Part shown: positions 1 through 10,000 of the stretch, piece after piece
Layout: every line of letters begins with the position of its first letter
Numbering within the stretch: the first letter of the stretch is position 1
Assembly (NCBI GenBank): GCA_039545335.1
Contig: BCIN01000002.1
Span: 3,376,689-3,396,688, forward strand
Length of the DNA stretch: 20,000 bases
From: Kondoa subrosea
Lineage: Eukaryota
Direction: 5' to 3'
Notes under the pieces: model-generated
Told to the model about the DNA's origin: nothing
The model's input: only the letters and a program-made list of their open reading frames with translations
The model's database searches: none
Program-made: the position numbers and the translations under genes

Positions 1-574
1 CATGGTATTCATTGACTTTCTGCTGGTCGGCGTCTGTATATCAACAGCATTATGGTACTTTCGTATGATCTTTACTTGTACCAGAGCTCATTTCAGAGCA
101 GGTTGCTGTCCAACAAATTCCTGACGCACTCCAGTCATACACATGCGACGGATCAGGAAGTTGAGTGGTGAGCTAGCCTTGGTTTCTGTGTCGCAGTGCT
201 GATTCTCTACTCAGGGCATACGCTTTCGATGTTCACACAAACTCTTTCTTTCCCTTCTTCCTGCACCTCTATGTAGCGCAGTTACTTCTCTCACCTGTTC
301 TAACAAGACATAACTGGGTGTGCTTGTTTGCTGGCAATACACTCTACTTGGCAGCTTTCGCTCAATACGCCTACGTGACTTGTAAGTTCTAAAACCCAAG
401 CATAACCAGTCAGTCACCAATACCCTTGCAGATCTGGGATACAACGCTCTTCCTTTCCTCATCCGCTCCGAGTTATTGCTCTCGCCTGTGCTGGTCATCT
501 TCATACTGTACATTGTCTCATTATTGGGTTTTAACATTTCAAGACATGTTTTGGCTTTCTACTTTGGCGTATAG
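1..574 (+). CDS. GMH1: UNC-50 family Golgi/nuclear membrane protein (Gmh1-like), 5'-partial, spliced
   Basis: Removing introns 55-101, 168-214 and 382-431 gives ...VFIDFLLVGVCISTALWLLSNKFL...QEVEWAYAFDVHTNSFFPFFLHLYVAQ...GNTLY...YVTYLGYNALPFL...FGV* (TAG 572-574). VEWxYAFDVHxNxFFP and TYLGYxxLPFL are recognisable UNC-50 motifs. Confidence 0.9.
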
Positions 575-667
575 AGATGAGCCGAAGGGCCTGTCAACAT
601 GGTATGCGGTCTGTCACGCAACAGGGTGTGTATTGTGCTATTACAGCTAAAACTCTCGCTGAAAGTC

Positions 668-1184
668 TTAGAAATCTAGTACCAAACTTGGAGCAACCGT
701 TTCGAAATGCTTCACCTATCGTAAAGCATCAGCTCCAGTGACGTCCTTAAAGAAATACCAATACCAACCTCGATCACTTCAGCTTCCGGATTTTGTTTGG
801 TCACTTGAGCTGTTCGGTGAATTGCTTCAACTGAAAAGCGAGTGATTGCATTAGCGATAGGCCAGTGTGATGTAGATCATCACAGACTTGTAAATAGGCG
901 GAGGTATTCAGTAGATAGATGCAGAGCGCTTGGGCTGACTGAATAGAAAATCACGACACTTTGTCAACGCACAGCGATATACTGCGTTTATCAATCTCAT
1001 GCTGACTTTTAGTGTTCTTCTGCCAGCAGGTCTCGAACAACTCTTCCAGTGTAGCCTTGCAAATCACGCGTTGTAAGGGTGTGAATGTAAGCAAGTCTTG
1101 TAAACCTGAGCTCACGGTCTTGAAAGTTGGAATAGCAATCTCATCGTCTTCCGGCTTCATCTCTACGTCTTTTGCAGGCGCCAT
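668..1184 (-). CDS. MHF2: CENP-X / MHF2 histone-fold protein
   Basis: ATG 1184, introns about 1056-1115 and 939-1006 plus two more. Spliced product MAPAKDVEMKPEDDEIAIPTFKTATLEELFETCWQKNTKISPSALHLSTEYLRLFTIEAIHRTAQVTKQNPEAEVIEVKHFETVAPSLVLDF* (TAA 668-670). EYLRLFxxEAxxR and the terminal LxLDF match CENP-X. Confidence 0.88.
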
Positions 1185-1466
1185 CGGTGCATCAGCTTGC
1201 AAACGCGCTGTCTTTGTTTCGTTGTACTTGCTCAAGCCAAATTCCCAGTCGCAACTGTCAGTCGGCGAAACGGCTGTCGTCTGGAGCTGAGAGTTCAGCA
1301 TACCTTCTGCCTCTGTGTACTATTGATTTTGGCTAGGTCTCATCTTTCACTCCAGTGCTCGACGCGAGAGCAATCGAAGAGTTCCCTTTGTTTCTATTTG
1401 AATTGGTTCTTCTGATTATCATCGAGATCTCTATCTTTTATACCATCAAGCGGAGCACAAAGAGCT

Positions 1467-1975
1467 ATGGGTTCGGTTTTGCAAGATTATCTAAACAGTC
1501 GGTTATGACTGCATTCGATGTATTGCTAAGTTGACATTCTTGATGTCAGGCTTGCCCAAGATGGCACCTTCTGAATATCTAAAGAGCTCTGCTGCTACTC
1601 TTCTCAGTCCTGTTACTGTCGAAGCAGGCGATGTAGATCAGTCAGAAACCTCATTGCAAGTTTTGGAAGCGAAAGAACGTCATCTCAAAGCTGAGTTGCG
1701 ACAACTTTGTCTCGAAGAAACCAATCTCCGAGACCACATGCCTGTCACCGACTACTCTTCTGCTCAAGCTTTCAGTAAAGACGGGAGAGCTATGAAGATG
1801 GAAGCAGAAGATACTGCTCTGCTTGAGAGGATGCGCGAAGTAGCTGATGCCGAATGGGAAGTCGAAGGTGGCGCTTTTCTGCCTTGATTATAAGCTTCTG
1901 CTTACACTTCTTCGTGATGTGTCAGAGGCTGAACAGCGGGAAGAGTACAAGCAGGCGTATCAGCGCGTTTCCTGA
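1467..1975 (+). CDS. Small hypothetical coiled-coil protein (about 130 aa), 3 exons
   Basis: ATG 1467 (MGSVLQDYLN) splices in frame into ORF 1531-1887. A second GT-AG intron from about 1868 to 1925 gives the ending EVEEAEQREEYKQAYQRVS* (TGA 1973-1975). Heptad-like core LEAKERHLKAELRQLCLEETNLRDHM. Confidence 0.65.
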
Positions 1976-2104
1976 TATGTTATGAAGATCTTCCTTTAGA
2001 TATGCTTAGTCTTGTATCTTTCCTTTGAACTTTTCCATGATGACCAATGAGCGTGTCGACTCGCGCCAAAGTCAATATGAGCCTTTTCTCATAATCGTTC
2101 AACC

Positions 2105-3556
2105 ATGTTCAAATGGTTCGCCGCAGGGACTGGAGCAGCTGTAGCCGGTGCAGCAACAGCAAAGATGACTGATAACAAGCAAGAAGCATCTGCCAGTCCA
2201 CTTTATCCATCTTCGACTTCCACACCCATTGCTTCTGCTCCGAATTCTGTTGTGCATTATGAAGCACCTGGTAGCATCATTCCTTTCTCTAATCCTGGTC
2301 CTATTGCAGATTTGCTGAAACGGTATGTTCCCCCTTTCACATACATTTAGGAATAGCTGAATGCCGAAATATAGTCAGGCCTATATAACAGCATACGACA
2401 GACGCATGAAGCATCCAGCTTGGGTAAGTATCTTATCGCGATACTTGTCTCAAGCTGAATTGAGCGCTCAGACAGCGGAACATCTTACTGCAGCAAATCT
2501 GACAAGTGCTGGAGGAACAACTCGAGAGAAATCTATGTTCAAGGAAGACGAGTCGATACCCGATATGTTCCGCGCCAGACTGTCTGGTGTGTTTTAGCTT
2601 AGGACAGGACCTCAACTTGCTGACTACTTGAGAAGACTACTTCAGATCTGGATACGATCGAGGACACATGGTTCGTACACATTCCAGCTGTCATGAATTT
2701 GGCTCACGCCAATGTCAAGGTACCGGCAGCGGATGCGAAGCGCTCCCAAGTACGCTTCTTGCGCTTCACTATTGCATAGCTGACTGAGTGATCTTGATTA
2801 GTCTGCAATGGACGAAACCTTTCTTCTGTCCAACATGGCACCGCAAGTGGGAGAATTCTTTAACAGACATTGTAAGTCGCCCTTATCACTTCAACATCCT
2901 GCTAATCCAATGCTGCGTAGATTGGGCTTACCTGGAAGACTTTTGTCGCAAATTGACACTACCGTTTGCGCATGTCTATGTGTTTACTGTACCTCTTTAT
3001 TGTGAGCCATTACTGCGAGCCCATTCTTTCGGACTGAATATGAAATTAGTACCGAAAAAGGATCCGATAGACGGAAAATGGAAAGTCACATATGAAGTAA
3101 TTGGAGCGGCTCCGAATGTTTCAGTGCCTACGCACGTAGGTCTCACCATTCTCGTGCAGTAATTGAGCTCACTTGGTCTGTTCAGTTCGCCAAAGTCGTT
3201 CTTGGCGCAAAATATGGATTCCCTGGCGAACGTCAAACTGAAACGTCTATTGGCGCTTTCGTTCTGCCAAACGCGCCGATACCAGATGAGACGCCTCTGA
3301 TCTCTTTTAGCGTACCTGGCAAGTTCAGCAGTCCCTAATTTCGCCCTCATTTTGATACCGCGATTGAATAGTTGACGCCGTTGAAAGAGCAGCTGGTCTG
3401 ACTCTATTTAGCGATGCACTGAAGAATAGCTCGAAGGAGCTTTGCAAAACGATCAGTTGTGTAGTGACAATTCGACGGTTTGACGATGCAGTCAAGGGGA
3501 GGAAAGGATTGCCCAACAGCCGCGATGAGCAGAATCGCATAAAAGGCCCCAGATGA
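2105..3556 (+). CDS. NUC1: Mitochondrial DNA/RNA non-specific endonuclease (Nuc1/EndoG), 10 exons
   Basis: Spliced product contains [51 protein letters not shown] (DRGH catalytic motif), MDETFLLSNMAPQVG, VSVPTHFAKV and GAFVLPNAPI...VERAAGL. Stop TGA 3554-3556. Confidence 0.95.
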
Positions 3557-3762
3557 CAACAGGAAAGATTTAATATCGAGATAGTGGGGACGTGACGGCG
3601 AGGATTATTGAGACTTGATATAGCACTGTATAACTTGCTTTTGCGTATGTACTTGTTTGCGCAACTCTATGCTCGTGACACCCTTGCCCAATCGACTGTG
3701 ACAGTATCTAACAGATACAGCGCTTTAAGTACGAGCAGTCATGAAAGCTAGGCAGGAACGAA

Positions 3763-4530
3763 CTAAGCACGACTGGCAGCTCCACTACAAAATTTGCCGT
3801 CAATAAGCACAACAAGCAGGCAAATGACAGAAGCTCACGTGAAAGGATCCATCTTTTGATCTTTCTTCATCTGCTCCGTAGCTTCCTCCCATTCCTTTGT
3901 GACAGTATGTATTTTTGGTCCACCTGAAGATGGATACAATGAGCTTCCAGATACCTCATTTACACAACAAGCTCACCTTGTGATCGTACTGCAGCAAACA
4001 CACCAACAGCAGCGACCATAGCCCCAATAGTGCCAAAGAAGATCTTGATGTTCGATCCAGGCGGTACTATTGGTTCACGAGGTCCATGAGGGCCGAAAGA
4101 GACATAATAGGCTGATATTCAAAGCTCAAGAACATCGTCTACCGTCAAGCGATAGGGCAGCTCACCAGCTTTCTTCTCGTTAAGAGACAACTCTTTCCAA
4201 TCCTTCTTTTGCAGAGCTTCGAGATGCTTGAAGACTGATTCTTGTTCCGAAGGTGTGAGCGATTTCCAGGATGCTTCGATCTAAAAGATTCAAATCAGTG
4301 ATCATTGATTGGCGTAAAGCGATAGATGACCAAAGCCAGCGGGCCAAATTGAGCCCTGACTGCAACGGGAAACTCACGCTGCCTAGATCTGGGAGGGCTG
4401 CAGAGGAAGAGCCAGGTGTAGGGGTAGCGACTGCTGTAGCATAGCCATTACGGGACAACGAGGAGCGCAAGTTGTTGACAGCCAAACTTCTCTTGCTAAG
4501 CTGGGAAGCTCTCATCGCAATTGCGTGCAT
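3763..4530 (-). CDS. COX5: Cytochrome c oxidase subunit V (fungal Cox5; mammalian COX4 family), 5 exons
   Basis: Arg/Ser-rich presequence, then IEASWKSL...LQKKDWKELSLNEKKAAYYVSFGPHGPR, a TM helix, and TVTKEWEEATEQMKKDQKMDPFTGAASRA*. The start could be 4530 or 4515. Confidence 0.93.
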
Positions 4531-4733
4531 TTCGGTAGTCTAGGTATTAACACAGGTCGGAGCAAAGGAATGAGTCAAAGCAGCAGCCAATACAAGTCGT
4601 CGAGCGAGAGAAGGGTTTTTGGTGAATCGGTTAGATTCGGACTTATGCCCGCGCGCTCTCACTTCATGAAGAGCTTTATATGCAGAGGATGCAGGGATGT
4701 AAGTACACAGAATACACGGAACGAGAGTGGAAA

Positions 4734-7534
4734 CTAAGTAGGTCGCATCTGGAAAGAAAGAAAGCACAATCAGCGTCAAAGACAAAGCCGGAAAGAGAAA
4801 CTACCTTCGCGTTCTGGAGTGAGGCATATATGTCAGGGTAAGGAGATTCAGTCGAATCATAAACTGACCTTTACTATGAGTGCCTTGTATTGCGAGACAT
4901 CGCCATAGTGTTTTGCAGCTCTGCCTTCTGACACTACCCATAAATCTTTGCAGACTTCGTTGATGAACTATCAAACCTATTAGCAGTGGCAATCATATGC
5001 GACGAGGCACTTACTCTTTCGTCGTGTGATACAACGAGTACTCCACCGGTGAAAACTGCCAGAGCTGCACTCAAAGCATCATGTGCTTCGATATCCAAAT
5101 GATTGGTAGGTTCGCTGAAGAGGGATGTCAGTCGGTTGCTTTATATGTGTATGCAAAACTTACTCGAGAATTAAAAGATGTGGTCTTTGCAAAGCCAAGA
5201 TGGCAAAGGCTACTCTTGACTTTTGACCTGCAAATGGACAGATATCAAAGGCGATAAAACAACATTTAGAAGCAAGTCACCTCCAGACAGTGTTCCTATC
5301 AGCTGCAAACCAGTGAGTCCAGTCAAACCAAAGTGACCAAGCTGGGTTCTGTATGCTTGTGAATCTTGACCGGGGAACAATCGTGCAAGATAAGCCACGG
5401 GCGAAATATCCAGAGGCAATGTATCGACTTGATGCTGTGCAAAGTCTGGAAAACTGTGTGAACACAATGTTCTAGTCGCCTGCGAAGCAACATACAAGAA
5501 ACACGAAGTCGCCCATTTCGATTCATTTTACCATCGCTTGGTGTGAGTTCGCCAATGAGAAGCTTCAACAAAGTAGATTTGCCGGCTCCCTAACGTGATA
5601 TTTAGCTGCTGCACGAAATGAAGTACTGCGGACGAGTGGCATACATTGGGTCCGATCAGACCAATGCGAGAATCGAGACCAATATCGATATTGACCCCTT
5701 GAAGAATGACTTTGCCTGTTCCTTCGTAGCTGAACTTGACTTCTTCCAATTGTAGTAAAGGTGGACTTAATTTGTCGGCTTCGTGGAACTTGAACTTGAC
5801 AATGGCATCGTCTTCCGGTGGTTCTAGTTCAGGTAGTTTTTCCAGGATTTTGATCTTCATTTGTGCTTGTGCCGCTCTGTTTGCATTGTAACGCCATCGA
5901 TCGATGAAGGCTTGCAGACCAGCTCGATACATCTGTTGCGCTTCGTATTCCCGCTTTTGAGCCTTTGCACGCTCTTCCTTTGTAGCATAGAATTGTGTGA
6001 AGTTACCTGAGTACTGACGTTAGTAACACACACAAAGCTGAGCATACAACTTGCCCTTATAGTAATCTAAGCGCTGAGAATGTTGATGTACGATATCTGT
6101 CGCTACCCTATCGAGGAAAGCACGATCATGTGATACGACCAGCAGAGTTCCGGTCCAAGATGTGGAGAGATAATCTTCTAGCCATGCCAAAGCAACTAAA
6201 TCCAAATTGTTCGAGGGCTCATCCCTAACAAACTCGATTTAGCAGCAAACCACATGCATGCAATCCTTACTCACAGTAAGAGTAGATCAGGCTTGACAAA
6301 GAGTGCTCTAGCTAAACTCAAGCGCATTCTCCACCCACCGGAAAATGTTCTTGTTGCTTTTTCCTGATCCTCGGAAGTGAAACCTAAACCGTATAGCAGT
6401 TCTGCCGCTCTTGTTGGACCGGTCTCTGCGTCAATATCCAGAAGGAGCTGATGCACTTCGCCTAGCCTGACGCTAGCTTTCTCTTTCGCTTTCTCGTCTG
6501 CTGTTGAGTTGAGCTGTTCGTTCAATTCCTTCTCCTCCGCCATCAGGCGTTCTCTCCATACGTCCGCGCTGAGAACACATTGTAGAGCTGAAGTATCATC
6601 GCCATGTGCTTCCTGCTCGACATAGAGGATAGATATATGGTTGCTGTGGCAGCGCTTATAAGCTGCGGCAATCGTAACAACTGAATGTAAAGCCTTACGG
6701 GATCGGTACCTAGAACAATCATCAGCCTCAGTCAAAGCAAGAATATGGCGTGACAGACTTCTCGCATTGCCATTTGCTTGAGCAGAGTAGTCTTACCGAT
6801 ACCGTTCCGCCCGATGAGACCATATCGCTGACATTACAGCATACATCAGTCATTATTTGCATCAAGAAAGCACTACTAACCCTTCCAGCCGCCAAGGTAA
6901 GTTCGCCCGATGACAAAATGCGCAGAGAGCCAAAAGAGACATCGATGTTGACGAGATGAATGTCCTTGCTCTTGCCCTTCGCTTGACCCAACGATGATAA
7001 GGGATTTATCGCCATGAAAAGTTCCTCGTATTCTTTTTGTTTCTTGCTGGCATCCAGTAATTTTGTGCCCTCGTACAGCTCCATACCGGTTCTTTTCGCC
7101 CTCTTTTCTGCTTTAGCCTTGATCTTGAGTTCGGCCTTCTCCAGCTTGGCCAAATCAACTTGAGTTGTTCGAGCTTTAGTCGTCGATGCGATGTCGACCG
7201 AACCTGGAAGGACTCCAGAAGCACCAGCTGAGAAAGCAGACAGAGTGACAATATGGTCAAGCTGCTTTGCACCCTTTGATGTAGACATAGTTCCGCCTCC
7301 AGCAGTTCGCATGAGATCTTTCAGTTGCTCAATCAAGTTCGACATTTTGGGTTCAGGCATATCTTCATCCTCCAGAGTGGGCCTGACGAGCGATTCGAGC
7401 TCTTCTCCATTGTCCTCTTGTATCGAAATCAGAGACCCAGGATCCAAAATATAATCCGTCAAGTAATTCAGCAAAGTGCGATCACAAGCTGGATTGACAG
7501 AGCTAGCCAATAGGTCAGCAGCGGCTTGAGACAT
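4734..7534 (-). CDS. GCN20: ABC-F family ATPase, Gcn20/ABCF3-like translational regulator, about 13 exons
   Basis: ATG 7534 (MSQAAADLL...). Two ABC cassettes and no TM segments: [51 protein letters not shown]; then [46 protein letters not shown]. The last two exons (NAK, MRPT*) are inferred from splice signals. Confidence 0.93.
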
Positions 7535-7685
7535 GGGTAACAGCCTTTCAAGGGGGTATCTGGCTTGCAAATGGTAATCTAAGGACGACAGGCAAACTTG
7601 GCTCAAATTGAGGATAACTTCTGACAGCGTTATCATCTCTATTACACGCAGTACAACACCTTTTTCTACCTCTACAACAAGATCT

Positions 7686-9784
7686 CTAGAAAAGCTTCGG
7701 CGGAAGCCCAGTATTTGACATAGCAACAGGTGATAGCTACCAAGTCGTAAGATCAGGGTTGAAGCGAAGAGCGAAGATAGCCTACTAAATGATGATGCAC
7801 CAAATTGAGTGCTTTGACTGCATCTCGGCTGTCTATAACGCAACTAGAAAGCCACATTAGGATTGAATTGGACAACACTTCCAGTTGCCTTACGAAGTAT
7901 TGATCTCAGATGCTCCTTGCGAGATGGCTTCAATGTTGACATTGCCTTCAGCAAGTACACTGTACCAGCATCACATGAAGATGAGCAAGCAGTGAGCAGA
8001 CTCGCTGACTTACGTAAACATCCTTCCAGCTATACCGACCATATTCTTCATCTGCTTCCCGACCAAGCTGAGAATGGTAAGGTCTCGCTTGTATGTGACT
8101 TCGCCAACCACAGAAAGCTCAGCAACCACCTTATCGAGCAAGCTTTTCTTGAAACCGTTGTGCATACTCAGACTGAGCTGAACTTCGGAAGTTGAAATCA
8201 GGTCTACTATAATGCCGTATCGATCTAAGGTACTGAAAGCTTTTGCAAAGAAGCCATGGCTGATAGTCTTCCGATTCGATCGGATGTTAAGCATAAGGAT
8301 ATTATCTTTGATTGTAACTGCCGTAGGTAATCTTTTGCCAACAAGAAAGCCATTTGGCGGGTGAGAAGGTTTTGCAAAAGGTGAGGCTGCCGTAGGTGAA
8401 GGCGCGTCAGGATAGATGATAGTACCCGCTCCTGCGGGATTCTCCACATTCTTGATGCGGATTGGAATAGCAGCTTTGATAACTTGCTCCATAGTGAAGG
8501 GGTGAATGACTTCTGATCCATAGTAAGTGAGTTCAGCGGCTTCTTCTGGTGTTATTTGGGCCAACACCCTCGCTGTTGGCACTTTTCTCGGATCGGCTGT
8601 AAAAATGCCATCCACTTCTTTCCATATCTGAAGTTCTGCCGCTTTCAGACCGACAGCACACAGAGCAGCGCACAGATCCGTATAGCCGCGACCTATCTGA
8701 GAGAGAAGAGAACCAGGAACAATGCCGAAGAAGCCTAATGGACGTTGAAAAAGAGGTGGAGAATAGCCTGGACGGACTGACCAGTAACAACCGGTACTCT
8801 GTCCCCGCACTGTCTCAACCTCGCGCCTAGACTTTCAGCTAACCTATTGTAGAATTCTTCACCCAGCGCGACAGGCCCAGTGGAATATGTAAGTTCCTCT
8901 TGCTTCTGAATTATTGTCTCCAGCGTGACAAGCTCGGAGTCTATGCCCTGCACGTCGCTTTGAGTATCACTATTCTGTTTGTGAAAGAATGGACTTACTC
9001 TGTCCTGCAGAACGGCTGCAACTATTCTGCACGACAGTTTCTCGCCCACACCCATAATGATGTCTCTGCTCTTTAGGGAGATTTCGTCCAATATTTGAGC
9101 TGCTGTAAGAAAGCTCCGCAGTCTCTCGCAGTCGTACTCCAGTTCTTCTTCTAGCTGAGCAAGAATCTCTTCATCTTTTACAAAGCGCTTCGCTGCAGCT
9201 ATGTGGTCGGCTTTGATCTGATCAACAGTTGTATGATATGCTGCTGTTTGCTGATTATCGTCTATCGAGTAGAGGGATGATATTGAGTTGCTCATGTTGC
9301 GAAATGCAAAGGGAGATGGCGATGTAGAGCGAGTCGCGGGCGAAGAAGAAGAAGACAGGGCAGAGATTGAATTTGAAAGTACAGAAGATGAAGCCGTCCG
9401 TACAGGCTTCTTTGGCGAACTGTTGCCAGTTGCCGGAGGTGTGGCATTGTGTCTGTCGTTCGCAAGTTCGCCAGACTCTTCGCTGTTTGTTTGCAATGCT
9501 TCGGAAGCAGCTCTGAGTAATAGATTGGTCGTTCCTGTTGCTTTTGTATCGCCAGACCTTGCTGAACAGACCAGGACCAGCCGCTGATTGCTATTCAAGG
9601 CATTCCTAAATTTTTGAACATCTTCCACTATTAAAGGCTGAGGATGCTCGTTACTCGCTATAGCTTACGGCACAATCTGCTCCGCTATGTTGTCCATGAA
9701 TCGTCCCAAGCTGGTTCCACCAATCTTCGCTACAATCCATGGTCCAGTTCCGTTACAGCTCGAATTCCCATTTGTACTGCTCAT
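7686..9784 (-). CDS. HOM3: Aspartate kinase with C-terminal ACT domains
   Basis: ATG 9784. WIVAKIGGTSLG, VCSARS, DIIMGVGEKLS, GRGYTDLCAAL, IWKEVDGIFTADPRKVP, AAELTYYGSEVIHPFT, ACT motifs VDLISTSEV and SQGASEINTSCVI. The terminal exon (LSPVAMSNTGLPPKLF*) needs a last intron; without it the stop is near 7751. Confidence 0.95.
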
Positions 9785-10000
9785 GTCTGGCTTGATAGAT
9801 ACAGTGGGTATATCGCTCGCAATCCCGACCAGTGAGCTGAATGATATCCTAGGACTTTGGTATGCGAGTGAATCGTTTCGAGTCAAACGTTAGCGGTCAA
9901 ATGGGGTTGATAAGTAGAGACGTAAGCACACTACAGAAAGCGCAATACAAGGTGTCGTTAGACCAGTACAAAACATACAATACTCCTGTGTTCGCTCAGC

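Noticed and set aside
1255..1343. 5' UTR intron and short uORF upstream of MHF2
   Set aside because: The donor looks good, but the branch site is implausibly close to the AG and the transcription start is unknown.
4281..4377. Unusually long (97 nt) first COX5 intron as a snoRNA host
   Set aside because: No properly spaced C box (RUGAUGA) and D box pair, or H/ACA structure, could be seen.
7535..7843. N-terminal 103 aa of the 371-aa ORF 6728-7843 as part of GCN20
   Set aside because: It starts at a non-ATG codon and overlaps the last HOM3 exons in another frame. GCN20-like sequence starts at ATG 7534.
9288..9587. Antisense ORFs opposite HOM3, and similar ones opposite GCN20, MHF2 and ATP11
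   Set aside because: Shadow frames of real exons on the other strand, with no independent motifs.
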